Source of the DNA: Amphiscolops sp. MND2022
Taxonomy: Eukaryota
DNA length: 64,000 nt
Reading direction: 5' to 3'
Assembly: GCA_964187785.1 (NCBI GenBank)
Contig: OZ076409.1
Span: 86,182,001 to 86,246,000, forward strand
Every line of letters begins with the position of its first letter. Positions within the stretch are counted from its first letter, which is position 1. The notes below the pieces were generated by a model that saw only the letters and a list, made by a program, of their open reading frames with translations, did not search any database and was not told the DNA's origin. The translations under genes and the position numbers were made by a program. Below are positions 25,601 to 37,199 of this stretch, piece after piece.

Positions 25601-27846
25601 ATACAGTCACATCTTATGGGAAACGACACTACCAACTCTAGTATTAACGGACAATAGATTACTAGCAAGGTTTTTCCAAACAAAGACAACCCCACCCGCG
25701 CTCTGGAGCGCTTGCGACTACGTCCTACAGTTCAAATTCCGCATTATGCACGTAGCCGGGTCACAAAACACAGCAGCCGATTTTCTTTCTCGCCTGGAAC
25801 TAACACCAAAAGAAAAAGTTCAGCTCAAGCTACGAGACGACATTATAACGGCACCCATCGAAGTCAACCTACAGTCCACAGACGTTGCTGACGAAGAACA
25901 ACTTTTTTTCCTTCCAGATGAGGAAGAAGAATCAGAACGAGAAACTTTCGCGAGAAAAGCTCTTAGCAAACAACGAGCAGTGGACAAAAAAGAACAACAA
26001 AACTTAACCACCGAAATAACAGAAGCAGTCCATATACCGCTCAATACGGCAGTCTACGCATTTGGAGCAATCAAAGAGAATGCCCGAATACGCAACGAGC
26101 AAGATGCAGATCCAATCCTGAAAGCACTAAAGCTACGTCTACTCCACGAAGAATATGACGAACATCTCCTCAAAACTGAACCAAGAGGGAGAAACTTGCT
26201 ACGCCACGAAGAAAGAATAATAGTCAAAGATGGCGTCCCCATGCGCAAATATTACGGAGAGGATGGCACAATCACGCATCATCAAATCCTCATACCGAAA
26301 CACATGGTCCCCGAACTCCTGTCAACTCTGCACGGGAAAACCAACAAACATCCAGGAATAACAAAGATGATCCAAGAAAGCCGGGCAAAATACTACTACC
26401 CGGGACTCGCACGAAAAATCAGAGCTTGGGTAACCAACTGCCCTGACTGCATAGCCAACAAACGGATCGACACAAGACAAATACGCCCAAAAATGCTGAG
26501 CAACACGGAAATTACCTTCGGCCCAGAGGATTGCTTAGAAGTCGACATTCTACCAAATTTACATTCATCCAATGGATATAGGCACATATAATGATGGACG
26601 TTTTCTCTCGTTACCTCTTCGCATACCCTACGCAGGACATGACGGCCAGGACAGTAGGCCGCTGCATAATTGACGTAATGACACGCCAGTGTTACCTGCC
26701 CACAATAATCTTCACTGACAAAGGATCACAATTCCGATCGGATATCGTAAACCAGATAGCACAAACTCTTGACATAAGGATTAGCCACGTATCAACGAAA
26801 CACGCGCAAACGATTGGAATACTTGAGAAAACGCACGCATCACTAAAAACGTCTTTAAAAATCTCAATGGGAGAACGACGTTCAATGTGGCATAAATATG
26901 TACAAATTGTAGTCATGAACTATAACACAAGCTACCACGAAAGCCTAGGCTGCGAGCCGACAACAGTATTCCACGGACGCATCACGTACAACATTCTGGA
27001 CATCAAACTGGGACTCAAGCCAGAATGGAAAAAAGACGCCAACGAAGATCTAACGGATGAATTACAAAAGCAAATCACTGAAATCCACCAATCAGCCAAG
27101 GACAACCTCATGCAATCATATTTGAAGTATAAGCGATTTTATGATAAAAAAGCGACAGCAACCCCATTGAAAATCAATGACTATTGCTACGTCTTGAATC
27201 CGAAGGCAGATAACCAGTCAATGAATTTCGCTTTCAAAGATTGCATTTGGACAGGGACATATATAGTGGTCAAAGTCCTTTCCAATAACAATTACGTCGT
27301 AAGACGAACGGGAACAAGATATACGCAAACCCTCCATAGAATTCGTCTAAGGCTATACGCGCCCAATCAACGAGTACCTGACGTAACAGTCAAAGTGGAA
27401 GATCAGCTTCCAGATCCTGAGGTTAAAACAACCCATGATGATTGGTACGCGCAAGCTTAAGAAACCGAATTCGGAGAAGTCTGTTCGGAACCTCAACGGA
27501 AAACGACAATCAAGAAGCCACTATCATGGAAGTACAAACCGAAGAAGGAACTACAACGGACCATAAAACAATTATAACAACTGCAGATGAGAATACAACG
27601 ATGGATAAAACATCCTCCGGAGATAATACGTCATTCAACTTAGACGTCAGTGATAACCCTTTTATAACGACGTCACCGCCTACAGAAAGCCCCCCAATAC
27701 CGCCTACACTACCGCCTATAGTTGTCGGATACAATCCTAGAAAAACGGGAAGCTATAACCTAATCCTAGACCTAATGCACAACCTGACTTTCGGATGCTG
27801 GACGCAATCACTGCGGAAGAGAGTCCTCAAACTCAAAACTGAGTGA
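22652..27846 (+). pseudogene. pol: pol of element A (PR-RT-RNase H-IN), several frameshifts and a stop
   Basis: Protease ALADSGA; RT LRLLVDLRKIN and QYVDDIG; RNase H TDAS...KEFLAI...TDN...ADFLSR; integrase HPG...CPDC, EVDIL, TDKGSQF, GILEK. Split over ORFs 22809-25151, 25091-25471, 25413-26591, 26591-27460 and 27442-27846. Confidence 0.95.
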
Positions 27847-27973
27847 AAATGATCAAGTTGACCAAACCGAACCGGGATGGTAACGTTAATTTCTAAACTA
27901 CAATACAATAATAACAAGAGCAGAGTAACAAATGCCTGAAAATTGAAAATTGCAGAGTCTGAACAGAACAACC

Positions 27974-30900
27974 TCAGTTACTAGATGATCTATTGAGGTT
28001 ATGATAAACACCCCGATCAGCATCATTCTTGGCCGGTTTCTTCTTATTGCCAGATTTTGATGGTCCACTTTTAGAGCTGGACCCTCCACCTCTTTTTGAC
28101 CCACTTGCCGCTGTCGTCTTAGGCTTGGCCACAACACTTCCGCCACTTTCATTACGACTAGAGCCAGCCCGACGGTCAACCTGAGTCTGCCTATTAGCCC
28201 GATTCCACTCAGTATAATCTTTTTCCTCGGCTTCTCGGCGTCGCGACAACAACTTTGAGAATGAAGCGCTCACAGCAGACACAAACGTAGCAAACTCGGA
28301 ACTACAAACGTTCTTCCACACATCAAAATCGCCAGTCACATAAAACACGCTCGCATCCTCGACAGCACTCCGCACAGCATCCAATGTCAAATCAGTAACG
28401 AACAACTTCGGGGCATGGCATGGACTCAACACATAGGACTGCACCATCCCGACACAATCATCCACAGCCTTCTGATCCAATGCACTACCAGGAAGCTCCA
28501 ACAACACGGAAGGATAACGGCTCCGGCCAGAACTCACAATCAAACAACATAGTTTGAATATCCGCAAGACATTGTGACGTGACTGGAAGGAATAATCGCC
28601 CAGCAAAAAAGCCATAACATCAAACACTGCACTTCCTGATGGGTCACTCCCGGCATACTGGCGACGTTTCTCTACTACATAACTGTAGAACTCATCAACT
28701 GCAGCACTCGAAGATCCCAACGGCAGTACTCCGCAGTCCACTAATATTTTGCAAAGACCAGCAAACAGGCCAAAAATACTATCGCTATCCCCATCAAGCA
28801 GAATTTCGGGACCAAAACAGTAGAGACCACGAGAAACTCCAGAAGAAACGCTCCGATGGCAAACAATCTCCCGAATCAACTCATCGAGAAACTTGCGACA
28901 GTTAACACGGAATTCCTGTACTTCACTTGTCTTGCCTTTCAACAATTCCTCGCCCAATTCGTAATTCACAAGGAACGCATCAGCTGATATAGCAGGGAAA
29001 CCAGCAATTTTCTCAATGTCCATGTAACTCTCCCACTCATGAATGCCCGGAAGTCCATCAGTAGATTGAGTTTTCAGCAGCAAGCAATACACAAAGTTAC
29101 AGATTTCCCCGTAACAACAGAACTCGTAATCATCACGCTGCCCAAAGAACTTCACGAAATTGTTATGAACTGAAACACAAAAAAAAAGATCATACAAACG
29201 GGACAGTCACAGAGAATCAAAAGTCAAACTAAAAGAGGACATGACTCGGCAAACAATACAATTAACAACTTCACTCAGAAACAGTCAGGCTCAAGCAAGA
29301 ACTCCAACACCATCCATAACAGGCAATGGCGAAGAGAGGAACGTAAAAATCAACACTTACATGTGGTGAGTACCAATCGCAGAAGTCCAAACTTGTATAA
29401 AATCATACCATCTGCAATTATATTCCAATCTGCACCGCGCATCTAATAACAACAAAACCAACTTTCAAGAATGGGATCGACAAAAGAGAAAATTGTCAAA
29501 AGCTGCGGATGCAATACTAACGCTGTCAACCCGTTCTTTAACATGTGGCAACCCCGTATAGCGAATGAAAGGACGAATGTTTGCCCACAGTCCAACTATA
29601 TCGTCCACAACATGGAGCAGATCCTCAAAAGGAACGAAACCCTTGCGTATGCAACGGCGCAACACTGTCTTCCTTTCAGTCCACGTATCATGGAGAGCAC
29701 TGCGCATCCGCAACACAATGTATTCCACTGCAGTCACGACTTCTAGCATCCCGAAAATATTCTGGTGCGCCCGACGGAAGCACTCTAGGAACAACCCACT
29801 GGTAAAGCGCTCGTGGACCACAAAATCCCTACCATCGGGAAGTACTTCACCAAGCACACGAACCAGCGTTGGACTCGCACCACAGATACACAACGGAAAC
29901 TGAGGAGGATCTAGACTGTAAATCACGCGAGAAAGAGGAACCAATTCAGCATCAGGCAATGATTGATCAAGCGACTCCACACGGATGCACACCTTCTTCT
30001 GATGATCGTCTTCCCACCAGACCACAAAGCAAAACTCAACATCATCCTCTTTCTCGAACTGTACAGAATACTCCTTAAGCTTCAAGATCCCACCCAGAAG
30101 CAAACGGATAACTCGCGGAGCAAGGCCCTGAAACACGAAGGACTGAAACGTAAACTTCTTAGGAAGAAACAAACAAAAGAAAAGCAACTGCTCACTGACA
30201 TACGATAAACTACTATTACCAATACATAACCAAATAATACTCACCACAGTCTCGGAACGGCTCCACTGCATGGAATACGCGGGTTTCCGATCACCCAAGG
30301 AAGCACAGAAATGGCCCCACATACGGCGCAGTGAAGTGAGATCGCCACCACTCCGGAGTAGATCACAAAAGCAGGATACGAGGGTCATGAAGGGAAATCT
30401 CGACTTTATTTGGCAATGCTTGGGGATTAAATCCTCAGGGAACGGATAACCCTCGGCCAAATCAACAAAGGGACGTGCTCGGTACTCTGCTATCTGACTA
30501 TCTGACAACTCCATAGGTTCAAGAAGGCGATTCAACACAGGCAATCCCATATGAACGCGATAAGTTACATCGCGGTACCAATGCCCATCAGAACCGAAGT
30601 GTCGGATGAATTCACCTGAACCATGCGCCTTCATAGCCACTTCCCGTTCACGCACCTTGCAGAAGAAGTGTGTCACCTGGCCATTCTTGGGACCAGCCAC
30701 AAACGAAGGAAAAGCGGGATGCAGCCCCAACATTCTTTTGTGAAGATCGTTGCGACTGCTGTATTTTCTGGTCCTTTTCTTCCCCAAACGATCGTCCATT
30801 TTCTCAACTAACTTGCTGATACCTAGAACAACACCAGTACCACTCACGAAACGGCAACTTAACGGACCATCAAAAATACAGAGCAAGCTTGAAAAACAAA

Positions 30901-31902
30901 ACAGAAAAAAAGCAAGAAAGACGGAACAGACCAAAAGGAAAGCCATAAAAACCCAGCGAGAAATGACAACTTACCACTCTGGATTGTTTGCGTGGTACGA
31001 GTATCAACTTCTTCCACTATATGGCGACTCCACTCCAAGAGATAATCGGGACTCATCGTCAACCACCCGGTCCCTTCGGAATCAAATCCAGCAGTCACAC
31101 CATAATCAAAGCTCGAAGGTTGCTCAGGAGAGATCACTTTTTGCTTCTTTGGGGGAGTTTTAAATTTCACCACCATCTTACGGCCAGCAACAGGCGGAGA
31201 AACTAAAGCATCACAACATCAGTATAACTAACGGGGAAATATTCCAAAGGAAAATCTTACACGTACAAATACACCATCAAAGAAAAGAAATACAGCCTCC
31301 CACCCAAACAACCAATAAGAATGCACTGACCTGTTTCTCGATCGACGGGGGCATCAGTCTCACCTTCTTGAGACTCATTTCCAGAACTAGGAACAACCTG
31401 AGCTCCAGTAACCTCCTGAGATATATCAGCCTCAATAACAGCAACAACTTCATCCGGAACTTCTCCGGGACCACCAGTCTCGCCCTCCACAATCTGAGGT
31501 AGCACAGAAACTAGAACGTCGTTCACGGGACAACTAGCAGTAGGAGGCAACACGGTGGAAATAGAAGGCAAACTTGGGGTAAGCACAGGAGGAGAGACCA
31601 AAGCAGAGGACGCAGGAGCACACGAGCCGACTCCGGGAACTGCAGAGGAAAGACCAGGTTGAGCTACTGAAAATCAAGATCTGGTTCGACGCGTCAGAGT
31701 TACGGGTAAGACTCTAAAGGCTGATCAACAAAAACAAATAGTCCAAATACCCATGGAAAACAAAAAGATTTTACCAACCTGAGGCAGAAGAGACAGATTC
31801 CGGAAGAACATCGTCATCGGAATACTCAAAGTTTGTCTCATTCCCACTGAAGAAGCCCGTACGAGGTACGGTAGAGGATTGTCCAGCTCCTTCGTCTTCC
31901 AT
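27974..31902 (-). CDS. Antisense spliced accessory gene of element A, predicted 1054 aa, hAT-transposase-like with BED-like zinc finger. Exons 31902-31779, 31666-31331, 31202-30975, 30822-30245, 30142-29522, 29442-29361, 29169-27974
   Basis: Six GT-AG introns (donors GTTGGT, GTCAGT, GTAAGT, GTGAGT, GTTAGT, GTAAGT; pyrimidine-rich acceptors) with matching phases 1,1,1,0,0,1. The exons total 3165 nt with no internal stop and join ORFs 31257-31601, 30859-31176, 29465-30946 and 27974-29197. Confidence 0.8.
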
Positions 31903-31929
31903 AAGAGAGCAGATTCTTCAAAGGCAATC

Positions 31930-32456
31930 TAAAAAGAAAACAGCAAGTCAAACACGAAAAGAGCAATGAGAACGCTCCGGAAAATAAAAACAAAGAAAGA
32001 ATCCAAAATCGTTTAATCATGACCAAGAAAAGGAAAATACACCATTCATCTCATTTCACATAAGCCTGATAAAGCATTGACGAGAGTATATCACTCCCAA
32101 AACAAAGAAAAACCAAAAGGTAAATCTGACTATTTGGATGTCCTAAAAGGAAAACAGATCATTTTCTAAATGATGACGTCATACGGATCATTACCGGAAA
32201 GGAATTGATGACGACATAATGAGGTTCGAAATTAGAAACTGCCATTTATTCGGTTCAGCCAATCACAACGCAGAGGGAAGCAAAACCCTTCCCGAAGGTA
32301 AAACGAACCGAAATAAGAAAAATATCAGCCAATAGGAATACAGGAAAAACACGAATAGAAGAAAATTGACCTCTTCATTTGCCGTACAATAAACGTAAAG
32401 AAAAGTTTGTCCAGAATTAATTCTTCAAGACTCACACAAAAATCGCTAAAAGAAAA
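31930..32456. promoter_or_regulatory. Candidate internal bidirectional promoter
   Basis: Lies between two divergent ORFs. Palindromic CRE ATGACGTCAT at 32173-32182; two TCAGCCAAT boxes (CCAAT at 32259 and 32329); a 5'-UTR acceptor for the antisense gene at 31930-31929. Confidence 0.5.
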
Positions 32457-33107
32457 ATGGACAACTATGCCCTTGTCATCGACATCTCTTCGGACGAAGA
32501 AAATCATAGGTACAGTACGCCGATCAAAACTTTGCCCGTAAACATGGTGGGAAGACTTAACTTAAGCGATTCCTCCGTCGAAGTATGGCGAGAAAGCGAG
32601 GCGGACCTTAATTCTACTCAAGAATCAGTATCGACTTTCGAGTCTGATACGGAAGAAGCTTTTGTCGTTGAGTCACACCAGAAAGAAAATTCTGAAGACT
32701 ACTACGAAGACCTGGATTCGTCCCGCGAGATGCCCGAACTGACCCGTGCCCCTATACTTGCAGACATCTCGAACGAAAAAGAATACGTCCCCCCGTCAAA
32801 GACAGAGAAGTTGAATGACCTAGACGAGCCTTCCATCAAGGAAATAGAAGAGACTCACGGGGTATCAATGACAGAAGACTACTACTGTACTGCCGGAAGA
32901 GGAAACTCATTCATCTCCGCGAGAATTAGAAGAGCACGAAAGCAGCCCGTACTTATTGCTAGAGAGATCCCACGTTGCCCCAGACCATGGTCAACAAGTT
33001 ATAGAGGCGCCCTGTCACGACCCGATCCCGGTCGGGATTTTTCCTGTTGCGGAGGAATACCGAAATTCGCAAGAGGGCGAGGACATGGCAATACCTCACA
33101 AAATTAG
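32457..33107 (+). CDS. Acidic, probably disordered 216-aa accessory ORF of element A, running into the 3' LTR
   Basis: ATG in good context (aaaATGG); uninterrupted frame; N-terminal LVIDISSDEE; S/E/D-rich body and basic C-terminus; last 95 nt lie inside the LTR. Confidence 0.6.
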   Translation: MDNYALVIDISSDEENHRYSTPIKTLPVNMVGRLNLSDSSVEVWRESEADLNSTQESVSTFESDTEEAFVVESHQKENSEDYYEDLDSSREMPELTRAPILADISNEKEYVPPSKTEKLNDLDEPSIKEIEETHGVSMTEDYYCTAGRGNSFISARIRRARKQPVLIAREIPRCPRPWSTSYRGALSRPDPGRDFSCCGGIPKFARGRGHGNTSQN

Positions 33108-35106
33108 TTTAAAAACTTTGACTGATCACTTACATTTGTTTAACCGTAGTACGAGTTAATAATCAGAACAAAAGGATTTTAGTCTAACGAAAGCGATACG
33201 TGAAATATACAAAAGTGATTTTAGACGGAACGAAACTTCCTGTATAAAGTTTTCACGCGTAACCGTTCTGTTACTTCCGGCTTCGTCAGCTGAAAAATCC
33301 ATACAAATCTAAACAACAAGATAAGAACATTCTTAACTTTAGGACCTTTTTCTTTTTCACACTAAAATGAAAACATCAAAATGAAATTCAATTCCGAGGT
33401 CCCAACGGAATTCATACAATCTAAAAAGTAAGAACATGAGAATGGCGGAATGGTTTTTCAATGATTGAATAGTTGTGAATATCCACTTAAGAATGCAGTT
33501 AAGCAACTTAAGAGAATGTTTACAACGTTATGACGGCGTCACTCAGCTTGATTGAAGAGTAGATGTTTCTATTTTTACGGACCAATAGCGTCGTCTTTTA
33601 CCATCCCAAGTTACCATAGCAACGCCAATTGAGCGAGAGAATAAGAATGAATTTGTTAATGCTGTCCGCTCTGTCTCCGCAAGCAAGCGCCGCTCAGCTA
33701 CACCTAATCTTAATACGTACGGAGCGCTTACGGAGCAAGTTGTAATGCGATGAAACTATACCTAATCTTAAGACGTACGGAGCGCTTACGGAGCGAATTG
33801 TAAAATGACAAGGTTATGTCTAATGTTAATACATGTAGAACGTCTGAAGGAAAAGTTGTAAGGTCAATATTGTTTTAATATATCAAGATATACGGAACTG
33901 AAACGGAATGTTCAAATTATCATAACACCAAAATAAGACCTTTCCGGATTATTCTCGTTTTAATAATTAATCAGAATGATCGTACTACAGGTTAAAACAA
34001 AGAGAATCATTGAAAGAAAGGTGCTTTCCTCCATTTTGGAAAAGGGCGTTTTGTACGTTTGTTATGTTATGTTCATTGGGCTAAATAAGCCATTGACATG
34101 TATTAGCCAAACCAATATGTTTCAATACATGTAAGAATAGCTCAGAACGATTCCGTGCTATATTATTTGCTATTTCAGTTCTTGATCGATATTAACTGTT
34201 TCTCCAGCATCATTTGTTCTTTTCAAAATATTCTCAGCACATTTATCTAAAATCATTTCCGTAGTCAATTTTTGCTTGTCATTCTTTTACCGCAAACAGA
34301 CGATTTTCACTAGTCTTGAGATGAATCATTGATCACGCCAGCGTGCCTCTCTCGATGAAAATTCAATTAGACTTTCATTTTGCCGCCTTTTCCGCGATCA
34401 AACCGGAAATGATGATAATGAACAAAAATGATTTCAACAAGCACTCCGTAAGGGAGCCGTGACTAGGAATTTTAAACCGTGAACAATTAATTGAAGGGTT
34501 GAAATAATAGGGATGATTAAGCAATTTTGATGAACAAAACCAATTTTGAGGATTCCTAGGAATTTTTCGGTGAGGAACAAATGATGCTGTGAAAGTATAT
34601 ATACCTAGGGATTTGTAAAAGAAGTTAAGCTGTTTTTAATTTGCTACGTTGATACTTCGTTTCTGAAAACCATATTTTTTTGAAGAATTCGAGTTTTCCA
34701 AAGAACAACCTCTCTCTCTCTAAAATGACTACTAGAAGCCAGAAGAGAAAAGCTGTTGAAGAATTAGTTTCTACTGAAATTGAGACCCCAATACCTGGGA
34801 CTAGCCAAAACTTAAATCCTGTAGCGGGAACGGGCAAATCTCCTAGAGTACTCACTGAAAATCTAGAGGAAATCAAGTCTTCATTGAGAAAAGAGATCAT
34901 GTCTGATCTTACTAAAATCTTAGCTGAAATCCAAAAGGAGATGCTAAAACTAATAGCTCCTCCTGCTAAAAAGCAAACCATCATAACAGCTACTGAAGAA
35001 ACAGATTCTGAATCCGAAAACATTCCGGAAAATGCAACTTCAACATCGATCAAAAATAAAACCACTACGACTACTCGTAAAATTACACCGGTGAATAGTC
35101 GTGACA
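33013..35106 (+). repeat. 3' LTR of element A (contains a second copy of the gag N-terminus from 34725)
   Basis: Direct repeat of 19538-21635; ORF 34680-35195 repeats MTTRSQKRK...PVNSR. Confidence 0.95.
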
Positions 35107-35625
35107 CCAAAAATAACCGAAGGAATACCGACAAGACTCAAAGACAACTTTTTCACAACTGGAAACGAATTTTTCCAAAAATTTTATTCCAATAAAAAGT
35201 TTTGTCATCGGAAAAAAATCTCGTAATGCCAAAAATAAAGCTTTAAGCTCGCTGAACGCTTTTCTCAAACCGAATCATTTTATGATACTCAAGGGGGCGC
35301 AAAATTTTGAACCTCCACCTCCTCTTTAGCGAAGCGCAACTTACTTCAGATATAACGTCAACAATTGATAAATAGCGTGCTGGCTAGACCAAATGGTCGT
35401 TTCCGTATGATTAATATTTGCGCTCCATCTGCTCTCCGTAAAAGCAGACGGATCACGGCTTGTGGAGGCAAAAACTAGCAACTATAAGAGTCGTTGTTGT
35501 TCTCTGAAAACGCCGACTAAAAAATATTCATTAGTACAATTAGCAAAACGAATCTCAGCAAGGATTTCATATTGATACGATCAAGCTGCAACTTTACTAC
35601 GATAGTCATGTTAGTCTTCCAGGGT

Positions 35626-35790
35626 AACAAAATGCCCGCTGAGCAGCGAGATATTTTAGGCCCCAAAATGTTCTACCATTACATAAACTTGAGACTCAAG
35701 AAATGCCAATGCACAAAGAAGAGCAAAGTTCGAAGAAAAGAAAGATTTGATTCATCTTAGCACCTTTTAAAGGACAAGCCTAATTTTTTA
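35626..35790. mobile_element. HINE-like family 2 fragment
   Basis: aacaa...cgctgagcagcgagatatttt end, with ~150 bp of similarity to 47666-47820. Confidence 0.45.
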
Positions 35791-37199
35791 TTTCTGCGAT
35801 AGCTAGCCACTTTTCGTTTTTCCGGCACTTTGCGACTTCCCGAGAAAAGAGAAAATTTTCAAAAACGTTATCGAATATAATTTTCGAAAAGATTTTTTAC
35901 AATTTTTTTTTTAGTTTTTAAGGGTTTCTATGAAGGAAATAGGTTTCCCGAGTTTTGAGGATGACTTCTTTGTTACTATTGATCATATGGAATTAACGAG
36001 AGGTTTCTTATTAGTTGTAGAAATTACCTCGCTTCAGATTTTTCGACTCTGTGTGTCTTTCCGAAACTTTCATTTGGTCAAAGAGTACCCCTTGCTTTCA
36101 TAGCTGATTTCGGCTTGAGGGTATTCTTGAGGTATTTTTGGCACTAGGTCCTCTGCAAATTTAGGAATACTGACCGATCCCAGTTTGTTAAATCATTGCA
36201 CATGGTTTCATGAATCGTGAAAAATTGGAATTAGTCTTGACAACTTTGTTGTCAAAATGAGGAACTTTTCTAATATGAATCTACAGATGTCTCTTCGAAA
36301 TTAAAACTACTGGCCACCGTGTTTAGCTGTTGTTGAATGTTCACACCAATCTAACCCACAACATAGCTCGAAACAATTTCCTTTGGAAGGTGTACTCCAT
36401 ATATAGTGATTTTGCTTGACGTTTTTGAATATTAAATTTTGGATAAATGAGGTCGAAATTTACGTTTTCAACCTAAGTTTTTGAACGTTGGGCAAATAAA
36501 CTTGTCTGATATCTTTTCGAAACAGTACCGGTAGCTACACATTTCAATCCTGAGCCTATGGTATTTCTGATTGAAGCAAATGTTCGGCAAAGGTCCAAAA
36601 ATTGGGACTATGTTATCAAAAATAAAGAAAGTTCGGAAATGTTGACACTTTTGTTGTAAATCGATGAACGTCATCCCATATTTCCCCAATTGCGTTCTGA
36701 ATACCTCATTGTTTACACGCTCAGGTCATTGGAAGTTCTATTCTTCAAAAACTTTCGTGGTTTGAACAAATGTTGAGATTATTTTTGTTGTTTCATGGAC
36801 TTTTGGGTGTTTTTGAGGCCAATTCCAATAAAAAAAGCAGTTATTTCTTCAAAATTGCTTTCTGAAGATACCTGACTTTTTGATTTTTTTAAGCCATCTA
36901 ATGGAAAAAATTTCAAAATTAAAAAAAAACTGCCAAACCTTTAAACAAAACTTGAAATTTCTCAGTTTTTCCCGTATTTGCGTCAGTCTGAGGAAACTTT
37001 TAACCATAAATCAGGCACTTTTTTCCAAAAAAACGTACAGTGTAAATTTTCTAAATTTTCGACTTTTTGCGGTAAATTTTCAGCCCTTTCCAACGAAGTC
37101 TGCAATTATTCCATCAAAAGACTTTTGGATTATGAGTTCAGTCTTTTTTGATCGTTTGCCAACTTTCTGACTCTAAACCGACTCTTCATTAACTTCATT

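Larger units (their letters stand above)
19538..35106 (+). mobile_element. Element A: full-length Ty3/gypsy LTR retrotransposon (15.6 kb) with accessory genes
   Basis: Two ~2.1-kb direct repeats with TGTCACGAC...GTCGTGACA termini; 5-bp TSD CCAAA (19533-19537, 35107-35111); PBS; gag; PR-RT-RH-IN order. Confidence 0.97.

Noticed and set aside
21163..26916. Minus-strand ORFs overlapping gag/pol (e.g. 21163-21750, 24026-24697)
   Set aside because: Shadow frames of the A/C-rich coding strand, with no motifs or splice support.
27900..32100. Independent nested hAT transposon
   Set aside because: No TIRs or 8-bp TSD found by eye and the catalytic motifs look absent. Not fully excluded without sister copies.
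27974..33107. env gene in the usual post-pol position
   Set aside because: The large gene is antisense, and neither accessory protein has a signal peptide or TM anchor. The hydrophobic start of ORF 29465-30946 is intron sequence.
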